Below are positions 27,688 to 36,726 of a stretch of DNA of 64,000 bases, in pieces. A program made the translations under genes and the position numbers. Every line of letters begins with the position of its first letter. Position 1 is the stretch's first letter. This DNA is from Candidatus Woesebacteria bacterium GW2011_GWF1_31_35. GTDB lineage: Bacteria; Patescibacteriota; Microgenomatia; UBA8517. Where the stretch lies: the NCBI GenBank assembly GCA_001029755.1, contig CP011214.1, positions 711,258 to 775,257 of the forward strand, written 5' to 3'. The notes below the pieces were generated by a model. The model was not told the origin of the DNA. It made no database searches and worked only from the letters and a program-made list of their open reading frames with translations.

Positions 27688-28794
27688 TTATACCAGCTTA
27701 TCTATAAGCTTGTCTAAACCAATTGATCTTGAACCTTTAATTAATACATAAGTATCTTTTGAAAGAAGAGGTAAAAGGATTGATAGTACTTCCTTCTGGT
27801 CGTTAACTAAAAAGGTTTTACTTTTTGATTTTTTTACCTCATCTATTAAATACCTTGAAAGAATACCAACTCCTATCACTACATCAAATTTTGACTTTGA
27901 AACTTCTTTACCCACTCTTCTATGTTCCCCTTCTTCTAACTTTCCAAGTTCCAACATATCTCCCAAAACTGCAATCTTTTTATTATTTCCTGCTAATTTA
28001 TTAAAAACCCTTAAGGTAGAAAGAGTAGCTTCTGGATTACTATTATATGAATCGTCTAAAATGATAGCACCAGATTGATGTTGAAATTGAAATAATCTAT
28101 GTTTTGGATTTTGATAAGTTTTCAATCCTTTATCTATTAAATCATTTGATACTTTTAATATCTCTGCAACCTTTTTTGCCGTATTTGAATTTTGTATAGT
28201 TGGATCTACATTAGTATCAAAATAATAAACCTTTGATTTAGCTAATTTAGCCATATCTTTAGTTAATATATTTGAAGAATTTAACACTGCAAAACCATTT
28301 TCAGGTAAACTTGAAATTAATTTTCCTTTTTCTCCAGCCACTCCTTTTTCGTCACCAAAAAACTCTGTGTGGGTTGGAAAAACATTAGTAACAACTCCAA
28401 TTATTGGTCTAACCAACCAAAGATAAAAATCCATTTCATGAGGATATTCAACTCCCATTTCTAAAATTAGATATTTTGTATCTATGAAACATTTTAGAAT
28501 TGTAGATGGAATATTAAATACTGAATCAATATTTTCTTTTGACCAAACAGTATTTCCTTTAAGTTTTAAAATCCCTGCAAGCATTTCTTTGGTGGTGGTT
28601 TTTCCTGCGCTACCTGTAATACCAATAACTGTTAGACCAAAATAATTTTGCAAAATATATACATATAACTTGGCAATTCTTCTTTTGATTGGATGAAAAA
28701 ACAAATCTAGAATTACATTTTTTAGTCCAGATTTTAACCTTAGATGAACGAATGGGAGGTGTGGTCCAACCAATGATTGAAAATATTTTTTCAT
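27688..28794 (-). CDS. murF: Mur ligase, probably UDP-MurNAc-tripeptide--D-Ala-D-Ala ligase (MurF), with a short N-terminal domain
   Basis: The P-loop GITGSAGKTTTKEMLAGIL, a Mur ligase middle domain and a C-terminal domain are present. It is assigned as murF by elimination, since murC, murD and murE are identified elsewhere, and from its position before mraY. Confidence 0.65.
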   Translation of the reverse strand: MKKYFQSLVGPHLPFVHLRLKSGLKNVILDLFFHPIKRRIAKLYVYILQNYFGLTVIGITGSAGKTTTKEMLAGILKLKGNTVWSKENIDSVFNIPSTILKCFIDTKYLILEMGVEYPHEMDFYLWLVRPIIGVVTNVFPTHTEFFGDEKGVAGEKGKLISSLPENGFAVLNSSNILTKDMAKLAKSKVYYFDTNVDPTIQNSNTAKKVAEILKVSNDLIDKGLKTYQNPKHRLFQFQHQSGAIILDDSYNSNPEATLSTLRVFNKLAGNNKKIAVLGDMLELGKLEEGEHRRVGKEVSKSKFDVVIGVGILSRYLIDEVKKSKSKTFLVNDQKEVLSILLPLLSKDTYVLIKGSRSIGLDKLIDKLV

Positions 28795-28806
28795 TTTGTT
28801 TATATA

Positions 28807-29574
28807 TTATAGCTCTACTCTTTCAATTTTTTTTGATATATCTTGTCCTAAAAATAGGGCTGCTGTTTTGACAAATCTTTCATTTACATCAGTTAAAAAA
28901 TATATATCACTACCTACTTTATCATTAATATTTCTATCTGATTTTATTACATATTCATAAATAACTTTTGAAATCTCTTCAGCTGGATCAACCAATTTAA
29001 TTTTTTCTCCTAAATATCTTTTTATCTGATTTTTAATAAGTGGATAGTGGGTACAACCTAAAATTAATGTATCTATTTTTCCTTTAAAAACTAAAAAGTA
29101 CCTATCAATAAATAAATTAATTTCAGGTCCTTCTATAAATCCTTCTTCAATAAGTGGAACCAACATTGATGCATGAGCTCGAAGAGAAACTTCTTTATAT
29201 GAGCTACTATTAATAGTAGCTCTTGTGCCAACAACACCAATTTTTCCGGATTTTGTAACCTCTAAAGCTTTTTTAATTGCTGGGTCAATAACACCAAAAA
29301 CCGGTACGTTAGAATTCTTCTTTACAATATCTAATGCAAGTGAAGAAACAGTGTTACAAGCAACAACAATACAAGAAACATTTTTTGATAGTAAAAATAA
29401 AGTGTCTTCCTTTGCAAACTTTTCAATTGTTTCTTTACTTCTGGTTCCATATGGAACCCTCGCGGTATCTCCTAAATAAATTAAACTTACATTTGGTAGA
29501 AGTTTTTTGATTTCTTTTACAACTGTTAGACCACCAAGACCTGAATCAAATACTCCAATTATGAAAGGTTCCAC
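28807..29574 (-). CDS. murI: glutamate racemase
   Basis: IGVFDSGLGGLTV...YLGDTARVPYG is the MurI N-terminal signature and a second Cys region CNTVSS is present. Confidence 0.85.
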   Translation of the reverse strand: MEPFIIGVFDSGLGGLTVVKEIKKLLPNVSLIYLGDTARVPYGTRSKETIEKFAKEDTLFLLSKNVSCIVVACNTVSSLALDIVKKNSNVPVFGVIDPAIKKALEVTKSGKIGVVGTRATINSSSYKEVSLRAHASMLVPLIEEGFIEGPEINLFIDRYFLVFKGKIDTLILGCTHYPLIKNQIKRYLGEKIKLVDPAEEISKVIYEYVIKSDRNINDKVGSDIYFLTDVNERFVKTAALFLGQDISKKIERVEL

Positions 29575-30803
29575 ACTGCCTCCTTAAATTTATTTCCTCT
29601 ATCTTTATAATTTAAAAACATATCGAAAGAAGCTGCAGCAGGAGACAAAATTACTACACCATCTTTTTGTGTTATTCCAAATGCTTTTTCAACAATTTTA
29701 TCAATACTAGAAGTTCCCAAATCTATAATCTTTCCTTTAAATTTAGCATCAACAAGAGCTTTTTTAATTTGATTTCGAATTAGACCAATAAGGATAATAT
29801 TTTTGCAATTTTTTCTTTTTGAAATAATCTTGCCTAATTCTAGGTAATCTAAACCTTTATCAGACCCTCCTAATATTAATGTTTCATCCTCAGTAAATGA
29901 ATTAATAGCTGCAATAGTTGATTGTGGTCCTGTTGCGAAAGAATCATTATAAAATTTAATATCTTTAAACTTTCTAACAAATTCCAATCTATGTTCTAAA
30001 CCTTTAAAATTTTTAACTACTTCAAGGATTATTTTTTCATTAATATTTAAAACTTTAGAAACTGAAACTGCTGCTGCTATATTTTCTAAATTATGTTCTC
30101 CTCTTAAGATTAAATCTTTTTTAAATTCATTTTTTAATGTCTTTTTGGAAAAATACATAATATTTGCCTTTGTTTTTCTTGCAAAACTAGAAGAGACTTT
30201 ATATTCCTTATTTATAATTGCCCAATCTGAAGTATTTTGATATTTAACAATATTTTTCTTAGCTTCTATATATTCTTCTTTACTTTCATGCCAATCTAAA
30301 TGATCTAAAGTAATATTTAAAATAACTGCGATATCAGGACTAACCGGAAGATCAATTAATTGAAATGAGGATATTTCCATAACAACATAAGAACTACTTT
30401 TCAATTTAGGAAGTAATTCTAAAAGAGGTTTACCAATGTTTCCTCCCAAAAATACATCAAACTTTGCTTTTTTAAGTATTTCATAAATTAAGGTAGAAGT
30501 TGTTCCTTTGCCTTTTGTACCGGTAACTGCAATAACTTTTCCATTAAATTCATCAAAGAAAATATGTGTTGGAGTAGTTATTCTAATTCCATTTTCATGA
30601 ACTTTAATTAATTCCTTTTTATAAGGATAAATACCAGGCGAGCGAACTATTAAATCAAACTTTTCTAAGTTTGATAAATAATTTTTATCAAATTTTTGAT
30701 CTAATATAGTAACATAGCTTCCTTTATCTTTTAAGAATTTTTCACAATCTTGTCCTTCAAGACCATATCCAATTATTGCAACTTTTTTATCTTTATAATT
30801 CAT
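29559..30803 (-). CDS. murD: UDP-N-acetylmuramoylalanine--D-glutamate ligase
   Basis: The N-terminal Rossmann segment KVAIIGYGLEGQDCEKFL and the P-loop VIAVTGTKGKGTTSTLI are present in a 414-aa protein. Confidence 0.8.
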   Translation of the reverse strand: MNYKDKKVAIIGYGLEGQDCEKFLKDKGSYVTILDQKFDKNYLSNLEKFDLIVRSPGIYPYKKELIKVHENGIRITTPTHIFFDEFNGKVIAVTGTKGKGTTSTLIYEILKKAKFDVFLGGNIGKPLLELLPKLKSSSYVVMEISSFQLIDLPVSPDIAVILNITLDHLDWHESKEEYIEAKKNIVKYQNTSDWAIINKEYKVSSSFARKTKANIMYFSKKTLKNEFKKDLILRGEHNLENIAAAVSVSKVLNINEKIILEVVKNFKGLEHRLEFVRKFKDIKFYNDSFATGPQSTIAAINSFTEDETLILGGSDKGLDYLELGKIISKRKNCKNIILIGLIRNQIKKALVDAKFKGKIIDLGTSSIDKIVEKAFGITQKDGVVILSPAAASFDMFLNYKDRGNKFKEAVWNLS

Positions 30804-31642
30804 TTTTGTAATTTTTTAATTGATAAATTATCTGACAAATAATTATTTTTAGTAATTACACTTCTACCAAGTTCCTTCTCCGTCTTTTTTCTTGCATATC
30901 CAGCAACAGATCCACCACGATTTGCGACTTTTTTGTTTTGAATAAACCCCTTTGGTTTTTCAGTTGTTGAAATTTCAGTAGTTACTCGTTCCCCAAGCAT
31001 GGTAAAAATTAATTCTAGATCTGTCATATTATCTCTTAAGTTAATTTTTGTTTTATTTGGTATATTTTTAAGTTTTCTATATTCACTAGGGGTAATACCA
31101 AATGTAGCTTTTGATATTTCCGCTGTCAGAATTGCATAATCTAACTTATTTTTAATACCTCTCTCTTTCCATTCATCAGTTAAATTTTGACGAATTGCCA
31201 TTCCCCTTAAACGTTTATCTATCCAATCTTTGGGATACCCTTTTTGTTCATAAATACTTTTCATTCTTTCCTGTGCAAGCTCAGGATCTTCAATTTCCTG
31301 AATACGATCATTACCCACACTTGCTAACCACCGTTTGAAAGGCTCTGCATTTGGAGACGGAATTGATTGAATTATTCGAAATAAACCTTCAGTATCTGAA
31401 CAATCAGTCATCCTCATTTTATTATCATCGGCTTTTAACTTGAACTGTCGACAAATTGTCGATAGTTGTGCACCATCATTACTATTCATCCTAATTTTCA
31501 TCTTAAACCAATAATCACTTGAATCTGTACTTTTTGTTAAAATCGAAACCACATCAATAACAGAAAAATACCACTCATTTTTGTACCATTTTCGTCTTAT
31601 TTGTTTATTTTGAAAAATTACTAGACTACTATTTCTCTTCAT
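30800..31642 (-). CDS. Bro-N domain / DinD-like (DNA-damage-inducible protein D family) protein
   Basis: The N-terminus SLVIFQNKQIRRKWYKNEWYFSVIDVVSIL fits the Bro-N pattern (F..IR....E.WF.A.DVA.LL), and the C-terminal half aligns by eye to E. coli DinD (KRLRGMAIRQNL...DYAIL...LRDNMTDLELIFTMLGE). It has 4-nt overlaps with both the murC/B stop and the murD start. Confidence 0.55.
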   Translation of the reverse strand: MKRNSSLVIFQNKQIRRKWYKNEWYFSVIDVVSILTKSTDSSDYWFKMKIRMNSNDGAQLSTICRQFKLKADDNKMRMTDCSDTEGLFRIIQSIPSPNAEPFKRWLASVGNDRIQEIEDPELAQERMKSIYEQKGYPKDWIDKRLRGMAIRQNLTDEWKERGIKNKLDYAILTAEISKATFGITPSEYRKLKNIPNKTKINLRDNMTDLELIFTMLGERVTTEISTTEKPKGFIQNKKVANRGGSVAGYARKKTEKELGRSVITKNNYLSDNLSIKKLQK

Positions 31643-33774
31643 ATATTAATGTATTGTACTTCAGGTTCTAACTTTATTTTAAATTTATTATAAACATCAT
31701 TAGTAATTTCATCTGCTAATTTTTTAATATCATTAAAATTACCTTTACCTTCTGGATTTGTTAAAATCAAGGCGTGTTTATCTGAAACTTTTACGTTTCC
31801 CAATCTTTTTCCTTTCCAACCCGCTTTTTCTATTAAGTAACCTGCAGGAATTTTAAAGCTATTTTCAAATGAGTAAAATTTTATATCTTTATACATTTTC
31901 ACAAGTTCATTTTTTTTACTCAAATTAACTATTGGATTTTTAAAAAATGATCCTGCATTAGGAATTATGTCTGGATTTTCTAATTTTTCAGATCTTACTC
32001 TCAATATCTCATTTCTAATATTTTGTAATTTTAAATCAGTATCTACGTATTTTTGAAGTTTAAGTGTTACATTAGTAATAATAAACTTTTGAGAATTGTC
32101 TTTTTTCTTAAAAATACTTTCTCTATAGCCAAATCTACAATCATCTTTTTTAAATACTATAAATTTATCATTTTTAATATCATATGCAGTTAACTTAAAG
32201 AGAATATCTTTTAATTCTTGTCCATATGCTCCTATGTTTTGAATAGGAGAAGCTCCGACTGTACCAGGAATACCTGAAAGGCATTCTAATCCTTGTAAGT
32301 TTTTACTAACGGAAGTTTCAACTAATTTATCCCAAATTACGCCCGCCTCTGCTATTATTTTTGATCCGTCAACTTTTATACTATCTCCTACATATTTAAT
32401 AACTAAGCCATTAAAATCATTGTCCGATACCAAAATATCACTTCCTCCCCCTATTATAAAAATTGGTAAACTATTTTTCTTTGCAAACTTAATTTGTTTG
32501 ACCAATTCTTCTTTATTATTAACCTCTTTATAATATTTAATCTTTCCACCTACTTTCATTGTGGTTAAATCCTTAAATGAAATATTACCTTTCAAACTTT
32601 CTAGTATTTCTTTAGCCCAAAGATTACTATTTCCAGCTCCCATTACTAAAATAATATCTCCAGGTTTAATATCTTTTTTAATTATTCCTATAATTTCATC
32701 TATTGAATTAACTCCTATCGCATCTTTATGATTAGTTTCTTTTGCTACAATCTTGGGTGTTATCCCAAATGTTTTATTATCTCGTGCTTTAAAAATAGGA
32801 CCAATAATTACTTTGTCAGCTTTTTCAAAACAACTATTATATAGTTTGAATAAAGCATTGGTTCTATTAAAACCATGTGGCTCAACAATTGCCCATATTT
32901 TAGTTTTTGAATTAGCATTTTTTAAAGCTTCTAAAGTTGCTGTAATTGCGGTTGGATGATGTGCATAATCGTCATACACTTTAATTCTATTTTCCTCTCC
33001 AATTAATTCCAATCTTCTTTTAATACCTTTAAAATTTTCAAGAGAATTAATGATATTTTCTTCAGAAATATTTAATTTTTTACCTAAACAAAAAACCATA
33101 TTAGCATTTTTTTGATTATGTTCACCTAAGACTTTTAAATTAAATTTTTTATTAAAACTATCTTTTTGAGTAATTAATACTTTATCTCCTGTTAAATTAT
33201 TAATAAACTTATCAAAACTTTCTCTAAGCTGTTTTACATCTTTAAAATAATCTGGATGATCAAACTCTATATTATTAATAATTGCAATTTTAGGATAATA
33301 ATTTAGAAAATTATCATTAAACTCGTCTGCTTCTACAACAAAATATTTTCCTTTACCAAATCTATAATTTGCCTTCCATTCTGGAATATTTGCTCCTAGT
33401 ATTACTATTGGGTCAAAACCATTATCTTCAAGAAGTTTTCCTACCATTGCAGTTGTTGTTGATTTCCCATGAGTTCCTGCAATTGCAATAACAAACTTAT
33501 CCTTCATTAAATATTTACCCAAAAATTCCTGCCAAGTTATAACTATTCCCCTTTTTCTACCTTCTATTAATTCTGGATTATTTAAACTTTGGTAAAAAAC
33601 AGCAGGGGTAACAATAAGTAAATCAATATCCTTCAAATGATCTTTACTATGACCTTCTTTTTGTAAATCACAGCCTGTAACTTTATAGCCCATTTTAGAA
33701 GCTAAGGAAGCAACACCTGAAACACCACTTCCCGAAATTCCCATGAAATGAATCTTTTTAATTATTTTTTTCAT
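31639..33774 (-). CDS. murC/murB: fused UDP-MurNAc--L-Ala ligase (MurC) / UDP-N-acetylenolpyruvoylglucosamine reductase (MurB)
   Basis: Residues 1 to about 400 are MurC, with IHFMGISGSGVSGVA and AIAGTHGKSTTTAMV. Residues from about 400 to 711 are MurB, with KDLTTMKVGGKIKYY, IIGGGSDILVSD, LSGIPGTVGASPIQNIGAYGQE and RFGYRESIFK (FAD-binding fold). Confidence 0.85.
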   Translation of the reverse strand: MKKIIKKIHFMGISGSGVSGVASLASKMGYKVTGCDLQKEGHSKDHLKDIDLLIVTPAVFYQSLNNPELIEGRKRGIVITWQEFLGKYLMKDKFVIAIAGTHGKSTTTAMVGKLLEDNGFDPIVILGANIPEWKANYRFGKGKYFVVEADEFNDNFLNYYPKIAIINNIEFDHPDYFKDVKQLRESFDKFINNLTGDKVLITQKDSFNKKFNLKVLGEHNQKNANMVFCLGKKLNISEENIINSLENFKGIKRRLELIGEENRIKVYDDYAHHPTAITATLEALKNANSKTKIWAIVEPHGFNRTNALFKLYNSCFEKADKVIIGPIFKARDNKTFGITPKIVAKETNHKDAIGVNSIDEIIGIIKKDIKPGDIILVMGAGNSNLWAKEILESLKGNISFKDLTTMKVGGKIKYYKEVNNKEELVKQIKFAKKNSLPIFIIGGGSDILVSDNDFNGLVIKYVGDSIKVDGSKIIAEAGVIWDKLVETSVSKNLQGLECLSGIPGTVGASPIQNIGAYGQELKDILFKLTAYDIKNDKFIVFKKDDCRFGYRESIFKKKDNSQKFIITNVTLKLQKYVDTDLKLQNIRNEILRVRSEKLENPDIIPNAGSFFKNPIVNLSKKNELVKMYKDIKFYSFENSFKIPAGYLIEKAGWKGKRLGNVKVSDKHALILTNPEGKGNFNDIKKLADEITNDVYNKFKIKLEPEVQYINI

Positions 33775-34775
33775 TTAAGTTTTAGAATTGTATTTGCTAA
33801 TTTAAATGGATCATGTCTAAATAAATGTTCGTTTTTTAGATATCTTGATACGTTTTCATTTATTATTTTCATATTGGGAGCTATTTTTTTGCATTTTTCC
33901 TTATCTACTATTACCAAGTTTTGACCTTCTTCTTTATAAACCTTAAGGATCTCTTTGTCTAAATGATTTTTATTAACTATTAAATAATCGATAGCTTTAT
34001 TATTACCTAAATAAAAAAGAAATGATTTCAAAAAATCTGAAGCTTTGAAATTATCTGTTTCTCCTTCTTTTGTGGCTAAATTTAACACAATGATCAACTT
34101 AGCTTTTGATTTAATTATTGCTTCAGTTACACCTTCAACTAATAAATGAGGCAGGATACTTGTATAAAGATCTCCTGGAGAAAATACAATTTTATCTGCA
34201 TCTTTAATTGCATTTAAAACATCTTCATTGCTATCCACTCTTGAATCAAAATAAATTCTTATAATTCTGTCATTTGGATCAAAATTTTTATCTTTAACTC
34301 TTGTGTCAATGTTTTTTTCTCCAATTACAATATTACCTTTTTTGGTTTCTGCAACAAGTTGAACATTCGTTATAGTTGCGGGTACAATTTTAGCCATAAT
34401 TCTAAAAAGTTCTCTTTCCGCTACTATTCCCCTGTCTTGACCTGAATAAATATGATCTAATCTTGCTGTTATTAAATTACCAATTGAATGACCTTTTAAA
34501 GGTCCAGATGATTCTTCTAACCTATCATCAAAAAGTCTTTGAGCTACTTTTCTTTGATTTTCATCTTCCATTAAGGCAAGCATACAACGCCTTAAATCTC
34601 CAGGAGGCAAAACTCCCAATTCTGTTCTTAATCTTCCAGAGCTACCACCACTATCCCAAGTACTAGCAACAGCTGTTATTAATTTTGTTTCGTTTAAATC
34701 TCTAAGTCCATCAAGAAGATGAAATTGACCAGTACCACCTCCAAAAGTAACTATTTTCTGTTTATATTTAGCCAT
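33771..34775 (-). CDS. yvcK: YvcK/CofD-like gluconeogenesis-factor family protein (UPF0052)
   Basis: FGGGTG, DSGGSSGRLR, PPGDLR, GHSIGNL, SPGDLYTS and GETDNFKASD match the B. subtilis YvcK signature blocks in the same order. Confidence 0.85.
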   Translation of the reverse strand: MAKYKQKIVTFGGGTGQFHLLDGLRDLNETKLITAVASTWDSGGSSGRLRTELGVLPPGDLRRCMLALMEDENQRKVAQRLFDDRLEESSGPLKGHSIGNLITARLDHIYSGQDRGIVAERELFRIMAKIVPATITNVQLVAETKKGNIVIGEKNIDTRVKDKNFDPNDRIIRIYFDSRVDSNEDVLNAIKDADKIVFSPGDLYTSILPHLLVEGVTEAIIKSKAKLIIVLNLATKEGETDNFKASDFLKSFLFYLGNNKAIDYLIVNKNHLDKEILKVYKEEGQNLVIVDKEKCKKIAPNMKIINENVSRYLKNEHLFRHDPFKLANTILKLK

Positions 34776-36723
34776 TTATTCTTTTACTCATTTTTCTTTC
34801 TGCATTTTGTAATTGCTCTGGCGTATTAATTCCCTGCCATTCATTTGCATCAGGTAATTTATAAACCGAAACTTTTTGATTTTGGCTTAAAGCAAACTTA
34901 ATCAAATCAGTTAAATAATATTCTCCTGTCACAGGACTTTTGTTAATCTTATTAATATTTTTTCTTAACCAGTTAGATTTAAAAACATAAAGACCATCAT
35001 TTACTTCTTTTACCTTTTTTTGAGATTCATTTGCATCTTTTTCTTCAATAATTCCAATTAAATTATCATTTTTATCCCTAATAACTCTTCCTAATCCAAA
35101 TGGATTTTCTTGAATTAAACTCACGAATGTTAAAGAAGCATTTGAGTTTTTATGTGTTTCAATAACATTTTTGATTGTGGCTGGCTTATAAAAAGCACTA
35201 TCATCACCATATATTACTAAAATATCAATATATTTTAAATCTATTTTCTTTAAAGCTTTTAAAACAGAATTACCCGTGCCTAGAGTAGTTTCTTGAATAG
35301 CGTAATTGCATTCTTTCGATATTTCTCTTAATACTAAATTCCTTTTATATCCAACAACGGGAACTAAATTAATAACCCCTGCATTTCTTAAGTTTTCCAT
35401 CGAATATGAAATCATTGGTCTATCACAAATATTATGTAGAACTTTCGGCAAATCTGACTTCATCCTTGTTCCTCGACCTGCTGCAAGGATAACTCCAGCC
35501 AAATCTTTATAACCATTCAAAATATTTTTGACAAACTTTTGATCACTCCAAGGATGTTCAAAACCCCCATAAGCCATAGTTATTTCATGACCTTTTCCAC
35601 AAAAAACTAATGCATCTCCTTTTTTGGCAATCCTAATAGCATATGAAATTGCTTCACCACGTTCAGGAATACAGATATAATTTTTTGCATACTTTTTCAT
35701 TTGTTTTAAAATATCAAAGATATTTTCACTTCGAGGATCTTCTGCGGTTAAAATTGAAATGTCAGCAATTTCACCTGAAATCTTACCCATTTTAGATCTC
35801 TTTTTAATATCTCTTTCTCCAGCGCATCCAAATACTGAAATTAACCTCCCTTTGGTAATAGTTTTTAAATAACCTAAAACTGCTTCTAAAGAATCAGGTG
35901 TGTGAGCAAAATCAACAAAAATTTTAATACCAAGAGAATTTTCTATTTCTTCAAGTCTTCCGATTGGAAGTTTAAATGAATTAAGTGCGTTTTTAGATTC
36001 TTTTTCAGAAATCCCAAGTTTTTCACATACTTCAATTGCTGTCTGGGCATTTATATTATTAAAATCACCTTCCAATATTTTTAACTTTGTAGACTTTGGA
36101 CTAATAATTTGAATTTTGCAGGATTTTAAAAATGACATCTTAGTATTTTTATAATTTTTAAAAGTTTTATGATAATCAAGGTGTTCCGGAGCAATGTTAG
36201 TTAATACCCCAATGTCAAACTTGATTCCTGCAATCCTGCCTTGTTCAATTCCATGTGATGAAACTTCTAAAATTACATAATTAAATCCTTTATCAACAAA
36301 ACCCTTTAACATTTTATTTAAGGTAATTACGTCAGGAGTAGTGACATGATATCCAGGAACTGAAATAGAACTTATAAGCCCTGCCTTTTTACCTAATTTA
36401 GTTAAAATATGGTAGATTAAATGACAGGTTGTTGTCTTTCCTTTGGTTCCAGTTACTCCAATTATGGTTAATTTACTTGAAGGATTTTTGTAATATTCTG
36501 AGGCTAATTCTCCTAATTTTTCTCTCGAATTTGAAACTTTTATATAATTTACACCAGAAGCTATTTTGATATTCTCTCCGCTATGATATTCAGTTTCGCC
36601 ATAAATAATTTTTGCCCCGTTTTTAATAGCCTCATCTATATGATCATGTCCATCAGAAATTTGGCCTTTAATTGCTACAAATGTATCCCCAGATTTTATC
36701 AACCTTGAATCAAATGAAATCAT
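34768..36723 (-). CDS. murE: fused MurE (UDP-MurNAc-L-Ala-D-Glu--diamino-acid ligase) plus a GlmU-type N-terminal sugar-1-phosphate uridylyltransferase domain (no LbH acetyltransferase domain)
   Basis: Residues 1 to about 405 are MurE, with DSRLIKSGDTFVAIKG, IIGVTGTKGKTTTCHLI and an EDPR variant of the DNPR motif. Residues 406 to 651 begin LAGVILAAGRGTRMKSDLPKVLH, which is almost identical to the GlmU pyrophosphorylase signature, and end GINTPEQL. No hexapeptide repeats follow. Confidence 0.8.
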   Translation of the reverse strand: MISFDSRLIKSGDTFVAIKGQISDGHDHIDEAIKNGAKIIYGETEYHSGENIKIASGVNYIKVSNSREKLGELASEYYKNPSSKLTIIGVTGTKGKTTTCHLIYHILTKLGKKAGLISSISVPGYHVTTPDVITLNKMLKGFVDKGFNYVILEVSSHGIEQGRIAGIKFDIGVLTNIAPEHLDYHKTFKNYKNTKMSFLKSCKIQIISPKSTKLKILEGDFNNINAQTAIEVCEKLGISEKESKNALNSFKLPIGRLEEIENSLGIKIFVDFAHTPDSLEAVLGYLKTITKGRLISVFGCAGERDIKKRSKMGKISGEIADISILTAEDPRSENIFDILKQMKKYAKNYICIPERGEAISYAIRIAKKGDALVFCGKGHEITMAYGGFEHPWSDQKFVKNILNGYKDLAGVILAAGRGTRMKSDLPKVLHNICDRPMISYSMENLRNAGVINLVPVVGYKRNLVLREISKECNYAIQETTLGTGNSVLKALKKIDLKYIDILVIYGDDSAFYKPATIKNVIETHKNSNASLTFVSLIQENPFGLGRVIRDKNDNLIGIIEEKDANESQKKVKEVNDGLYVFKSNWLRKNINKINKSPVTGEYYLTDLIKFALSQNQKVSVYKLPDANEWQGINTPEQLQNAERKMSKRING

Positions 36724-36726
36724 ATT

